Source: Mobula hypostoma (taxonomy: Eukaryota). Taken from it: a stretch of DNA of 64,000 bases. Positions 12,230 through 25,085 of the stretch are shown here, piece by piece. Each line of letters opens with the position of its first letter. The stretch's first letter is position 1. The notes under the pieces are model-generated. The model searched no databases and had not been told where the DNA came from. It worked only from the letters and a program-made list of their open reading frames with translations. A program made the translations under genes and the position numbers. Where the stretch lies: NCBI RefSeq assembly GCF_963921235.1, contig NC_086108.1, positions 87,854,001 through 87,918,000 on the forward strand, written 5' to 3'.

Positions 12230-12760
12230 CACAGGTTCAAGCACCAAGAGGAACCCAATTTCGATAGTTATCTCCTGAGTGGGGCAGTGGTTTGCATAGA
12301 AATCTGGAAAATAAATAGGACCAATTGAATAAAAGTACATTTCGGATCATCATCCATCCTTCATGCAATCAACACCGACAAGACTGGCATCAGCTGATTC
12401 TCTCTCACACACAATTGTCCTGGAGAAAATGGTAGTGCTCAGTCTTCTTGATCTGTTGCATTCCTCCTGATAATGATACTCCCACAATGCTCCTGGGGAG
12501 GAAGTCCTTAGCCTCAAACCCAATAATGGTATTTCCCTACTCACGATGCTGTGCAGCTTGTCAGGAAACATGTCACTGCAGGTTCCCACACATCTGCAGT
12601 CTTTTGGTGGTAGAGGCTTTGGCTTTGCTACTATCATTGCATATTGTCCAACTGCAAAGATACACAAGTGATTTCTCGTACACATGTTCCCATCCATCTC
12701 ACTTTTCTATTCAACTCAGACCAAGTGCCCAGCCCAATTATTATTACTGATGTCTTTGGT
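12230..12760 (-). mobile_element. Decayed CR1/L2-type LINE 3' fragment
   Basis: Weak resemblance to CR1-like C-terminal/3' UTR sequence; no intact frame. Confidence 0.4.
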
Positions 12761-13546
12761 CTGTGACGGGAATCTACGAAGTCTCTTGCACCTGAAAAAC
12801 CCTCATGCCTAAGAGCAACTCTCCTGATTACTGGGTGATCAAATAATATTGCATGGCATACTACCCTATTCACTATTCCGGAATCTCAATTTTTCTGGCC
12901 ACATGGATTCATTAAAATCAACAGAATACAGGATTAATCCCCAGGCAGGCAGTAGAGCTACAGGGAAGACTTATGCCCAGGTTTAAAATAAAGGTGACTA
13001 AGATTGATATTAGAAATAACTTCATACACCCAAGTCCTCAATATAGACTGTTAGCAGTGTGCATTTTTTAACATATGTAATACAGATACACACAGAAGAA
13101 TTTATGGCCCATCTGTAATTATCCTTGAACTGGAGCAATTAATTCACTTTGCATTGGATATAAATCACCTTGCAGACCTCCAAATCCAGCCCTGGCCTCG
13201 TGCATGCCCTCTACCCTAGTGCATGTGAAAATAGATGCAACTGCAGAAGAATTATGGAGTTGGGAAGAACAGTTCGAAAAATAAATTACATTCATTAGGA
13301 TGAATTAAGTGCGGCCTGTGAACGTCGTCGACTTCACATGCAAATTGCAACCATTGTTTCATTAACAATAGCTCCACAACCAGTCTACATACAAATCTAC
13401 GTGTTTAGTAGTCAAAAATCAAATCATTAAACTAAAATCTTGTAATAGAGCAGTGAAATATAAGCAATCTTAATTGTAAACCATGATGGAGTTCTATGAA
13501 CTGTTCATGTGTACGGGTTTGGAGGGAGGAAAGCTTTGCTCTTTTT

Positions 13547-14322
13547 CTAGGAAGAGGTACAGTTGACGTTTAAGGGCGAAATCCTTCGTCAGGACTAACT
13601 GAAGGAAGACTTAGTAAGAGATTTGAAAGTGGGAGGGGGAGGGGGAGATCCAAAATGATAGGAGAAGACAGGAGGGGGAGGGATGGAGCCAAGAGCTGGA
13701 CAGGTGATAGGCAAAAGGGATATGAGAGGATCATGGGACAGGAGGTCTGGGGAGAAAGACAAGGGGGGGCGGGGGGAGACCAGAGGTTGGGCAAGGGGTA
13801 TAGTCAGAGGGAGAAAAAGGAGACAGAGAAAGAATGTGTGTATATAAATAAATAATGGATGGGGTACGAGGGGGAGGTGGGGCATTAGCGGAAGTTAGAA
13901 AAGTCGATGTTCGTGTATTTATTTATATACACACATTCTTTCTCTCTCTCTCTCTCTCTCTCTCTCCTTTTTCTCCCTCTGTCCCTCTGACCATACCCCT
14001 TGCCCATCCTCTGGTTCCTCCCCCCCCCCTGTCTTTCTCCCCAGACCTCCTGTCCCATGATCCTCTCATATCCCCTTTGCCAATCACCTGTCCAGCTCTT
14101 GGCTCCATCCCTCCCCCTCCTGTCTTCTCCTATCATTTTGGATCTCCCCCCCCCCACTTTCAAATCTCTTACTAACTCTTCCTTCAGTTAGTCCTGACGA
14201 AGGGTCTCAGCCTGAAACGTCGACTGTACCTCTTCCTAGAGATGCTGCCTGGCCTGCTGCGTTCACCAGCAACTTCGATGTGTGTTGCTTGAATTTCCAG
14301 CATCTGCAGAATTCCTGTTGTT
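13547..14322. mobile_element. Penelope-like element: two divergently inverted pLTR-type copies
   Basis: 13547-13910 (minus; includes NIDFSNFR* of the GIY-YIG C-terminus) and ~13915-14322 (plus) are near reverse complements; same family as 61805-62330. Confidence 0.88.
14190..14225 (+). ncRNA. Minimal type I hammerhead ribozyme (PLE type)
   Basis: AGUC-CUGACGA-AGG(GUCUCAG)CCU-GAAAC-GUC^GACU: complete core, stem I AGUC/GACU, loopless palindromic stem III (ACGU). Confidence 0.75.
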
Positions 14323-14904
14323 TCCTGTTGTTCTTTGCTGTTTTGTTGTGGTTGTTCTGCCAGGCATTGTGGGTGCCAAAATGTGGTGACGCTTGTGCGC
14401 AGACTCCAACAAATTTTGGCTGCTCACGCAAAAAGATGCATTTCCCTGTATGTTTCAACGTACAGCACGTGTGCTAAATAAATCTGAATCTACTGGGAAA
14501 GTGAATGAGATGCAGGATTAGCTATGACAAAATAGGCTCAAGAGACCTGGTCGCCTATTCCTGCTTTTATTTCTCAATCCCCATCTTCCTTTAAGGAGAA
14601 CTACCTTTAAATGCCAACATTGTAACCAGTGTTATCATACCATCCATTCAGCAATGGAACCAATAAATGACATTAATCCAATGAGATCTAAAGTGCAGAC
14701 TATACAAAAGGATGATCAATACGAGTCATTCCTGCGTTAAATGGATGCAAACTAAACAAAGCTTCATTATCTGTGATGTGCAGTGAAAGTAGTTTATCGT
14801 TACAGATATTTCACCAAGTTTAAAAAGTAAGTTGCATTTTTCAAGAGCCAAGTTAATGACAAATTCAAACAGACACCGAATACAAAGTGACAATAAGGTT
14901 CAGA

Positions 14905-15030
14905 ACAGCACACACAAAATGCTGGAGGAAGTCAGCAGGTCAGGCAGCATCTATGGAAATAAAGAGTAGGCATTTCAGGCCGAGACCCTTCTTCAGGACT
15001 GGAAAGGAAGGGGGAAGATGCCAGAGTAAG
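14905..15030 (-). mobile_element. Penelope-derived 3' end fragment
   Basis: cacacaaaatgctggagg..cagcaggtcaggcagcatctatgg..tttcaggccgagacccttcttcaggac, as in other copies. Confidence 0.75.
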
Positions 15031-15467
15031 GCTCCGGGTCAGAAAAACAAAACTACACCAAATTCAAATTGCACTTCAAAATCTTACGTTTAACGTAGTG
15101 TACTCTTAGGGGAAGGAGGGGACAGTCACTCTCACAAACACAGCTCTGGTATAGCACGACCGAGTGGAGAAAAGAAGAGCATTTAGTTCTGAATATTCTG
15201 CCAAAGAAGGAATAGTTTCAGGACATCCGTGGAGCTGAATCCCTCGAGTGTATGGGGGGAGAAAGGCAGTGAAGCAAAAGGCAGCAAAACAACATTTTAT
15301 CAGCTGAAGAATGCTGCATTCTACAAGTGTTTACATTGAATGCGTTATACCGAGTGTCAGCTGGGGCTCTTTTAGCAGCCGTCTTGCCCTCACATCAGAA
15401 CGCTGCCAGATCCCAGGGACTTCAATGCAAAATTTCAGGCCATCATTTTAGTGCACTGGTTCCTTAA

Positions 15468-16045
15468 GGTTGTTATAGCCAGGGGGTGACAGTGGGGATA
15501 AGCTGCCACCACCTAGGAAATGCTCCCAATAGTCTGCGTCTCAAATTGCCTCCGACAACCAAGTCCAGCTCCTGGCCCTCACGTGTGGCTTAGTTACTAA
15601 GCCCACCCTTTCTACAGACAGAAGAAGGGGCAAAGGCAGATTACTGGTGTCTTAAAACCAGTCACTTCAGGCAGTTGGGGGCTTGTCAACCATGGTTGGC
15701 AGCACATTTAAAAGGAAAACTGATCTCCAGCCTCCACTTCCTTGCAGCTAAACCTATCCATGGGGAAGGCTTCAGGAGTAAACCCCTAGGGAAAATCCAG
15801 AGCTGGAGTCCCTAAGGCAGTCCTACATCGAGTTCAACGTTGGCTGGTAATTTCTGCAATGTTGCTGGTGCCAAACTGCATTGATCTCTGCCTTTCCTTT
15901 CAATTCATCAGCTGCGGGAGCCTACTACATGATTAACAGGTTTTTCTCCAAATTGTCCAGCCCTGGCTTACATACTGGCTTGCGTATCACACAGACAGCT
16001 GGGACGCAGCAACCACGGTTGGCCCTGACCGACGGAGGGCCTCAT
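15468..16045 (+). mobile_element. RTE-derived non-autonomous retroposon (5' UTR-like + 3' end)
   Basis: GC-rich insert inside a V-SINE-like remnant; ctcctggccctcacgtgtggcttag..ctaagcc, ggagtaaaccc, 3' ggttggccctgaccgacggagggcct. Family assignment is from pattern only. Confidence 0.55.
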
Positions 16046-16669
16046 TCCGGTGTCGTACTGAGCGAATGCCAAACTCGCTGCCAATGTCTTTCCAATGACA
16101 AAACTAAGGCTAGGGCCACACGAACTCTTCTGAGTAAAAGACACCATAGCAATATTTTGAAGAGGAGCAAGGGAATCTTCCTATCTGCTCTAGTGAATAT
16201 TTATCACAATCAACATTTTATCTAACAGTTTACTTGCATGGAAAATTCTTGTGCCCAGGTTATTATTACAATGACAACACTTCAAAAGTAAATTGGCTGA
16301 AAGGTGCTTTGCAACATTGTCAAAGCCACATGAAAAATGCCACAGAGTTACAAGGTTACAGAATTGAAGCAGACCATTCAACCCATTGAGTCTATACAAG
16401 AAAATTTTCATCCCTTCTTCCATAACTCTTTTGAACATCATGATTACATCTGCCTCATCTATCTCGATGCGCAATCACAATCCTGCAATACATTCTGGAT
16501 CAAACTCATTTAAAAGTTCTCTCTCCTATTCACTCTTGGTTCTTAATTCAATCACCTTCATCCTGCATCCTCTGGTGATGAACCCCCCCCCACCCTCCTG
16601 ACAATACTTCCCTCTAATAATATAGACTGAATTATACAAATATTACTAAACCTTTGAAAACTGCCACAG

Positions 16670-16912
16670 ATCACCAAGACTGTAGCACTCCATATCTCGC
16701 CCATCCAAGTTTTTCTTAAATGTTGAAATCAAACCCACATCCACCACCTGTGCTTGTTCCACACTCTCTCCACCCTCAGAATGAAAAAGTTCTCCCTCAT
16801 GTTCCCCTTAAACTCTTTACCATTAACCCATGATCTCTAAATTAGTCTCACCGAACCACGGTGGAAAAAAGCCTGCTTGCATTCACCCCATCGATAGCCT
16901 TCAATTTTATGT
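16670..16912 (-). mobile_element. CR1 3' end fragment
   Basis: ttgttccacactctctccaccctcagaatgaaaaagtt is antisense of the FF..RVE.VWN motif. Confidence 0.7.
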
Positions 16913-16994
16913 AGTTTTGATATTCATGCTGCACCATCCTCTGCTATGATTACATGTCGATTATGATGAGAAACCATCATCATAAACATAGAGA

Positions 16995-17135
16995 CCACAG
17001 ATGTTAGAACATGGAGTAAACAAATCTGCTGGAGGAACTCAGTGGGTTGAGTAGCAATGTGTGGGAGGAAAAGGAATGGTCAACATTTTGGGTTGAAATT
17101 CTGCAGCAACATTCCTCCAGCAGATTGTTGGTACT
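16995..17135. mobile_element. Decayed palindromic Penelope-derived element
   Basis: aatctgctggaggaactcag...cctccagcagatt inverted arms. Confidence 0.6.
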
Positions 17136-18839
17136 TCTGTCACTGTTACTTGCTTAGATAAACAGCAATCCGAGTTCCGGATGCTAATCCAGCAAAGATG
17201 CTGTGGAGGGAGTAGCAAGGTGGCAGCCTAGTGAGATACAACTGAATAGTGGACATGACAGACATATTTGTCATTCTTGCCAAAGAGAGGCCTCAGCCAT
17301 TAATACCTCAAATACTTTTCTATTGAGAGAGGAAAAGGACACGAGTGACTCTGTAATGGGGGAATTAAACTGTTGGGTTGCCAGTGAAAATAGATGGAGC
17401 TGTTTACACATCATGGTATATATGAGCCTTCATTGCATTGATTGCATAGAATGAGAGACTGTGCTTGAGAAAAATGTCATAGCACTAGGCAATGAAGAGA
17501 TTGTGTCAACATCTATGCTTTGGGGTATACAAGATCTGTCCCAACGAGCTACTTACTGGTCAGGTGGACTTAAGGGATCTTAAGAGATATCCAGTAGTCC
17601 ATAGCTCACAGTGTCTATCAGATGAAGTTACACTCCAGAAGAGTAGTCAAGGAAAAGTTCACAACTAATCCAAGACAAAAATATGACTTGGGATGAGAAT
17701 ATAGTTTAAAAAGAGAGAAAAAACAGGCACGGGAGTTGAAACACATTGAATATCTCAACCAAGAATGCATCTTTCAGGAATATAAAGCATGTTTTTTTTT
17801 GAAAGCCTTCAGTTTGCACTGTTCATGACCTGGTAGCAAGAGCTACTTATGTTGGCCTCAAAGAAGGACCTTCAACATTGTAAGTCATTACTGCATAGAA
17901 AGGCATTAAACAAGTCAGGAAAAGTGGGTTGTCCTTCACACTTCATTTGAGTTGTCCAATATTAGGACATCATTTGCACGGTGATCAATAGGAATATTCC
18001 TTTTCATATTACCAAACAACTTGAAGAGACACAATTCAGATACACAAGTCAACCAGTTCAGTGAAGCATCATTGAAAGATGCTCAATTAGTATACTTTCT
18101 TATACTGTCCATGTTGAAAGTTAGAAGGCAGATCCTGTCATCCCATCCGTCCCCAAATTGTCTCTAACACTCGGTTCTGTTGTATCTGTCGATATCCTCT
18201 GCTGCATCCTGGATACAAGCACAGGCATCCCTGCTCAAGGCCTCCAATGCAATCCAAATTTGATTCAGCCATTTCAGTAACTCCATAAACAAAAGCACTT
18301 TCTCAAGACTCATGCAATCACAGTCTCACAAAAGCACGTGCAATTTGCCTGAAATGATCTTATGTTTCTCCAAACATGTACTTATTGATGTTCAGTCAAT
18401 GCAATGTATCTACAATGCAAATGGTGAACTGAGAATCACTCAAATTCTGACTATGCTGGATGCCTTGAGCAATTATGCAGCGAAGACAATTTAAAAGAGT
18501 TCCAAAGTTCCAATTAGTGCTATTACACAAAGCTTGGACTTGTTAATGTCAGCTCAACACAATACATTCAGTGGGCACCAAGCAATTACAACCAACTGAG
18601 CATTGAAGACAATCCAGGGTCAGATTGTCAGAAGTAATCAACTTTGTAACTTCCAATAGGGCCAGCACAAGAAAGAATAAGTTCAGTATTTACAATCAAG
18701 CTTCAAAACTGTTCCTTTATCTCCTCTCTGCACCTGGATCCTCAACTTCTTTAATAAGGAGACCACAGGTCAGTGCAAATCAGGAACATCTCCTCCTGCC
18801 TAACAATAAACATAGGCATACCTCAAAGATATGTGCTTA

Positions 18840-19650
18840 GCTCACAGGTCTACTCTCCCTGTACTCACAACTGTGTCTCTAGGTACAGCTCAAATGCAAT
18901 CTGTAAATGAGCTGATAACACCACTTGTTGGGGTACAGGAATAAGATAGATCAACTGGTTGGGTGATGTCACAACAACAATGACCCACTCAACATCAGCA
19001 AGATAATGGAATTGATTGCGGACATAAGGAAGAGAAAGTTGGGAGAACACATCAATCCTTTATGGATGGTCAGGGTTAGAAAGGGTGAGCAGCTTCAAAA
19101 TCCGAGAAGCTATCTTGGGACCAGCACATTGATGCAATCACAAAGGCGGTATGCCAGCGGCTCTGCTTCATTAATTTCAGAAGATTTAGTATGTTCAAGA
19201 CTCTTGTCAATTTCTGCAGATCTATCTTGGACAGCATTCTGAATGGTTGCATCACCCTCCAGTAAGGAGGCTCTTATCAGGAGACCAGAAGAGGCTGCAG
19301 AGGGTTGTAAACTCAGCCAATTCATCATGTGAACAACCCTCACCACCACTGAGGACATCTTCAATAGGTGCCTCAAGAATGCAGCATCCATCATTAAGGA
19401 CCATTACCATCTGGTACAGGCCTTCTTCTCATTACTACCATCGGGGAGGAAGGACAGCAGTCTGAAGACCCACACTCAATAATTCAGTTTCTTTCTGTCA
19501 TCAGCTTTCTGAATAGCCCATGAACAGTATCTGGTTCTTCCTCCTTTGCTCTAGTTTTGGAACTTAGAGTAATTTTTTATGCCTCAACTATATTGCTCCC
19601 ACAAAACAACTAATTTCATATCATACCGAGATAATAAAACTGATTCTGAA
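18840..19650 (+). mobile_element. Rex1/Babar LINE 3' fragment, decayed
   Basis: DQKRLQRVVNSA, gcagcatccatcattaaggacc, ctaccatcggggagg; 3' aataaaactgattctga. Confidence 0.75.
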
Positions 19651-19734
19651 ATCAAGGCAATGTGTAAGCAAAGACAAAGATTGGGGAAATTAACGTAGAA
19701 AATACAATTGAAATCAGCATTTAATTATAAATTT

Positions 19735-19925
19735 AACACATTTCACATACCTTTGTTATCAAGGAATGTATAAATTATAGACCTTGAGATTTGCTTGCTC
19801 ACTGGTAACCACAGAGCCAGAAACCCAAAAAAACCCAATTAAAGAAAAAAGACCACTCAATGCACAAGAGAAAGAAAAAACACTGCAAATCATGCAAACA
19901 ATTAAAGCGAACAGCATTCCCAACC
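19735..19925 (-). repeat. Short LINE-tail repeat (family also at 27085-27262 and 60640-60870)
   Basis: Shared caactttgag..gccaca..aacccaaaaga..actcaatg..aaatcatgcaaac segment. Confidence 0.65.
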
Positions 19926-20189
19926 AATACATTCTATAACTAACAGTATGTTAATAGCCTGCATTACAATAGGTTAGAAAATATGAAACACTGCATCTAT
20001 GGTTAGGCTCAATTACTGCAACAACAGTATGTGGAGAAGGATTAGGTACGCAATTTATTTATGGAAATGATCTTTGGAAGTATCTGTACCTGAAACGGAT
20101 AACATAGTGACGTTAAAATTACACTAGTATGGTGTACCGTGGGAGAGATCAAAAATAAATGTGGTTACTTTTAGAATATCAGAATATTT

Positions 20190-21648
20190 AGGTTCCAGAG
20201 GATTGGAGGGTTGCGGATGTTGTTCCTTTATTCAAGAAAGGGAGTAGAGATAGCCCAGTAAATTACAGACCAGTGAGGCTTACCTCAGTAGTTGGTAAGT
20301 TGTTGGAGAAGATCCTGAGAGGCAGGATTTATGAACATTTGGAGAGATATAATATGATTAGGAGTAGTCAGCATGGCTTTGTCAAGGGCAGGTCATGCCT
20401 TACGAACCTGATTGAATTTTTTTGAGGATGTAACTACACACATTGATGAAGGAAGAGCAGTAGATGTAGTGTATATGGATTTCAGCAAGGCATTTGATAA
20501 GGTACCCCATGCCAAGGCTTTTTGAGAAAGTAAGGAGGCATGGGATCCAAGGGGACATTGCTTTGTGGATCCAGAACTGGCTTGCCCACAGAAGGCAAAG
20601 AGTGGTTGTAGACGGGTCATACTCTGCATGGAGATCAGTCACCACTGGAGTGCCTCAGGAATCTGTTCTGGGACCCTTACTCTTCGTGATGTTTATAGAT
20701 GACCTGGATGTGGAAGTGGAGGGATGGGGTTAGTAAGTTTGCTGATAACACAAAGGTTGGAGGTGTTGTAGATAGTGTGGAGGGCTGTCAGAGTTTACAC
20801 TGGGACATTGATAGGATGCAAAACTAGGCTGAGAAGTGGCAGATGGAGTTCAACCCAGATAGGTGTGAAGTGGTTCATTTTGGTAGGTCAAATATGATGG
20901 CAGAATATAGTAATAATGGTAAGACTCTTGGCAGTGTGGAGGATCAGAGGGATCTTGGGGTCAGAGTCCATAGGACACTCAAAGCAGCTGCGCAGCTCGA
21001 CTCTGTGGTTAAGGCAGTGTACGGTGCATTGGCCTTCATTAATCATGGAATTGAATTTAGGAGCCGAGAGGTAATGTTGCAGCTATGTAAGACCCTGGTC
21101 AGACCCCACTTGGAGTACTGTGCTCAGTTCTGGTCGCCTCACTACAGGAAGGATGTGGAAGCCATAGGAAGGGTGCAGAGGAGATTTACAGGGATGTTGC
21201 CTAGATTGGGGAGCATGCCTAATGAGAATAGGTTGAGTGATCTCGGCCTTCTCTCCTTGGAGCGACGGAGGATGAGAGGTGACCTGATAGAGGCGTATAA
21301 GACGACGAGAAGCATTGATCGTGTGGATAGTCAGAGGCTTTTTCCCAGGGCTGAAATGGTTGCCACAAGAGGACACAGGTTTAAGGTGCTGGGGAGTAGG
21401 AACAGAGGAGATGTCAGGGTTAAGCTTTTTACTCAGAGAGTGGTGAGTGCGTGGAATGGGCTGCCGGCAACGGTGGTGGAGGTGGATACGATAGGGTCTT
21501 TTACAAGACTTTTGGATAGGTACATGGAGCTTAGTAAAATAGAGGGCTATGGATAAGCCTGGTAATTTCTAAGGTAGGGACATGTTCAGCACAACTCTGT
21601 GGGGCCGAGGGGCCTGTATTGTGCTGTTGGTTTTCTATGTTTCTATGT
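20190..21648 (+). mobile_element. CR1/HER1-type LINE, 5'-truncated RT, frameshifted
   Basis: [60 protein letters not shown]; (TTCTATGT)2 tail. Confidence 0.93.
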
Positions 21649-22039
21649 CTAATATATGCAAGTCTAAATAATTAGTTCATTGCATAGTTTCATATAAGCA
21701 AATAGTGAACTGCCGGTTTAATTTTTGTTGAAAGTTGAAGGTTCATATGTGTTTGTTACTTTAAAAGTCAGCAATGAAATATGAAAGTGTGCACCTTAAG
21801 GAGCTATGCAGACTTAGTAATATTGCTTTCGATGCATTATTGTATCACGTATTGGTGTTGGTTGAGTATTGACCACCATCAATTAAAGAATGTTTGGCTA
21901 ATCACCCTTTTGGCAGCACTGACACAGCAGTGCTACTCATTCATAGCTCTGGTGTACTGGGATCTGAACTCTCGTGGAGAGTCTGAATGTCTTCCCTGTG
22001 ACCATACAGGTTTCATGATTGTAGGTACGAGAATGCGGC

Positions 22040-22525
22040 CACTGCTGGAACAGACTTTAGGCCACACTGAAGTGGCAGGGACCAGGCCTGAGAGGGGAAA
22101 ACAAACTGATGTTTAGCTGATTTAAGCACAGAGGCAGCTTAAAAGATTAAGGCATCAAGGCAAAAGACAAAGGACAAACCGGTGCTCAGATCACTACTCC
22201 TTCAGGCTTTATTCACCTCAGCAATGAACTGACTTTGCAGCTGTGGCCTGCAGCCATCAACATTTGCCTGAGCGGTGACCTGACTAACTGTGGATTCACT
22301 TTCGGGGACTCTCGGTTAATGTTCTGTGTGTTATTTGTTTACTTTTTTTATTTATATTTTGCACAATTTTGTTCTTTTTCTCACATTGAGTGTTTGATGG
22401 TCTTTATCGTGCGGCGGTTTTTGTGGATTCTGTTGTTTCTTTGCTTTGAGGCTGCCTGCAAGAAGATTAATTGCAAGGTTGTACATGGAAAACATACTTT
22501 GATAAAAATGTATTTTGCACTTTGA
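22040..22525 (+). mobile_element. Non-autonomous Rex1-like element/3' UTR
   Basis: 3' UTR gcctgcaagaag..aaggttgta..atactttgataa shared with 29420-29490 and 36470-36545. Confidence 0.6.
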
Positions 22526-22689
22526 TTACCTGGTTTCCTAGCACATCACAAAGCTGTGCAAGTTGGCAGATTAATTTGGCTCCTGAAAAAATACCCCTGG
22601 TGTAGGTGGGAGCAGGAGGACCTGGGAGGAATGCCAGAATAGATGGGATTGCTTCAAGAGAAGTCAGTGACTCAACTGGCCAGAATTAC

Positions 22690-23520
22690 AGAATAATAGA
22701 GGCTTTACTCTCATTACACAACAATGTATAGATAAGGAAGCAATCAGGTCCCTTCACAATCCCCTCTATCCCAAGCACAGAAGCCCCAAATTCTCCAATA
22801 TATCCACATGATTAAAGTCACTCAGGTTCAGAATCACTTTGGCAAATCTTTTCTGCAGCTTCTCCAAAACCTCTCCCCAGAAATGGACACAATCCATTCA
22901 TGACCAATCTATATTTCATAAAGGTTTATTTTGACTTTGTTCTTCACCATTATTTCTCAAGCCAGGAACTTGCATACTTTCTCAACACATCCTTCAATTT
23001 TCGTTTACCTGTACACATATAACCCAAATCTCTTACCGCCAGAACTTCATTCTTAATTGAGCTGTTTAGTTGAGTAATGTCTTAGATATTCTTTTCTACC
23101 TAATATTTACATCTATATACTTTTTTAACATAGCACCTGTGCTCTCAGTTCGTGGTGCTTCAAAATTTGTGCCATCCACAAATTTGGAAATTGTATTATT
23201 CTAGTGAGCTTCCAGTCAGTTTTCTATCTATGCGGCCACCATACCTTTCATTACATGGGCTTAATTTCGGACGACAGGCTTATTATGCTGCACTTCATCA
23301 AATGTAAATCCATATGCATTTCCCCTCTATGGCTCTCTATTCCCTGAGAGGGAAAAAAAAAGGTAGTCAAACATGATTTCCCTTTAACAAACCCATGTTG
23401 GCTTTCTATGATCAATTCATATATGTGCAAGCACATGTTAATTTTGTCCTTGGGGTTTTTAAATAAGTTCTCACCACTATGGTTAAAGTGACTGGGTTTA
23501 GTTTTTTTTTAAGAAAAAAA
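22690..23520 (-). mobile_element. Old CR1 RT fragment
   Basis: Minus ORF ESQHGFVKGKSCLT; decayed colinear RT pieces to the left. Confidence 0.65.
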
Positions 23521-23584
23521 AAAGATGCAACACAAGGATGTACACCATTAAAAAAAGTACAGTTGAAAAATACCCATTTAATCC

Positions 23585-23760
23585 AATGTAAAACACTCAA
23601 AATGCTGGAGGAACTCAGCAGGTCAGGTTGCTCTATGGAGAGGAAAAAGAGTCGATGTTTTGTGTCTTGGCCCTTGGCCTGAACTGTCAACTCATTAGCG
23701 CTTTTCACAGATGCTGCCTGACCTGCTGAGTTCCATGTGTTACTCTGGATTTCAAGCATT
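23585..23760. mobile_element. Palindromic Penelope-derived short element
   Basis: ggaactcagcaggtcagg...cctgacctgctgagttcc inverted arms. Confidence 0.75.
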
Positions 23761-24395
23761 GTCAAAACCATGTGTTTGTTTACCCATTTAATCCAGTTCC
23801 ACACAAGCAGCATCCTACCTTAATTCATCTAACACTTCTGGCACATTCGATTCCTTCCCAGTTCCCCTTACACACATCTGTACGTTTTTGCTGAAACCTG
23901 CAGTTCCACATTCTAAACAAATTCGTTAGTTCACTCTGAATTTCCTCTCAATTTTGACTCATGTTTATAAGTTTTCTTCCTTTGGAGTTCTCTCTGCAAT
24001 GTCGAATGTTATGCAAGAGAAATGTTAAGTGAGTATGAAACAATTATCAGTTTATCAAAGGATAGCAGGGAGATAAATCTTACAGAACCACCCATTCCTG
24101 TGCATCAGGAGAGGAAACAGGAAGTATTTGGTGAGTCAAGAGGAAGGGCTCTTGAAAGTTTAAAAGGGTTAAGTTGTTAGCAACTCTTCGATAATGTGGC
24201 ATGTCAGTCGAACCAGACCAGTTTTCACAGTTCACCATCAACTCACAAACCTTCCTAGTTCAAACTAAAAGCAAACTCTTGAACGCAGATGAATCTCCAC
24301 ATTCTTACTCGCCAGACAATCCAAATAAAAATTACTAGAGTGGGGCAGTGTACACCATGGACCCAAGGAGACAGCTTTGTGTGGGAAAGGTTTAC

Positions 24396-24453
24396 CTTGG
24401 AAAAGGAAGTTGTAGAATACTGGTAATCCATTGCTAGGATATGCTGTTGAAAC
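24396..24453 (-). other. Weak candidate 58-nt exon
   Basis: gtgtcgttactag| acceptor and AAG|GTAAAC donor in unique sequence; weak polypyrimidine tract. Confidence 0.25.
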
Positions 24454-24599
24454 CTAGTAACGACACGATTACAAATTCAAGTTTCCCATGTCATATTTGT
24501 CCAGGCAGGAATGACTACTAATGTATTAATTGACAGCAACAGGCAATTATTTAAATTTCACATCCTCTCAGCCCTATCAGCTGACTCAAAAGATCATTT

Positions 24600-25085
24600 C
24601 ATTTTCAAAGTGAAAGTAAATTATCAAAGTATACATATGTTACCACATACTCCATTTAAATTCATTTTCTTGCAGCCTTTACAGGAAATTAAAGAAATAC
24701 AAGTGTATTTATGAAAGATGATACATCAACAAAGACTGGCAAACAACCCATGAGCAAAGACAAATTTTGCAAATAAAAATAAGCAAATAGTACTGAGTCT
24801 TAGGCTGTGGAATCAGTTGATAGTTGAGTTAATTATGCTAGTTCAGGAGCCTGATGGTGGTAGAATGACAACTTTACTGAACCTGGTGGTGCTCTGATTA
24901 ATACCTCCTGACTGATGGTAGTAGCAAGAAGGGATTTACAGCCTGGATGGTGGGGGTCCATGATGATGGATGCTGCTTTCTTGTGGCAGCGCTTCTTGTA
25001 AATGTGCTCATTGGTGGGGAGGGCTTTGCCTGTGATGGACTGGGCTGTATGCACCATTCTCTGTAGAATCTTCCTGTGCCTGTCT
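24600..25085 (-). mobile_element. Rex1/Babar LINE 3' end
   Basis: RKILQRMVHTAQSITGKALPTNEHIYKKRCHKKAASIIMDPHHPG. Confidence 0.8.

Noticed and set aside
13570-14191. Pro/Leu-rich and RE-repeat ORFs (also 61741-62176)
   Set aside because: Translations of the low-complexity Penelope pLTR and a (CT)n microsatellite. The ERERER run is not RBM25's RE domain.
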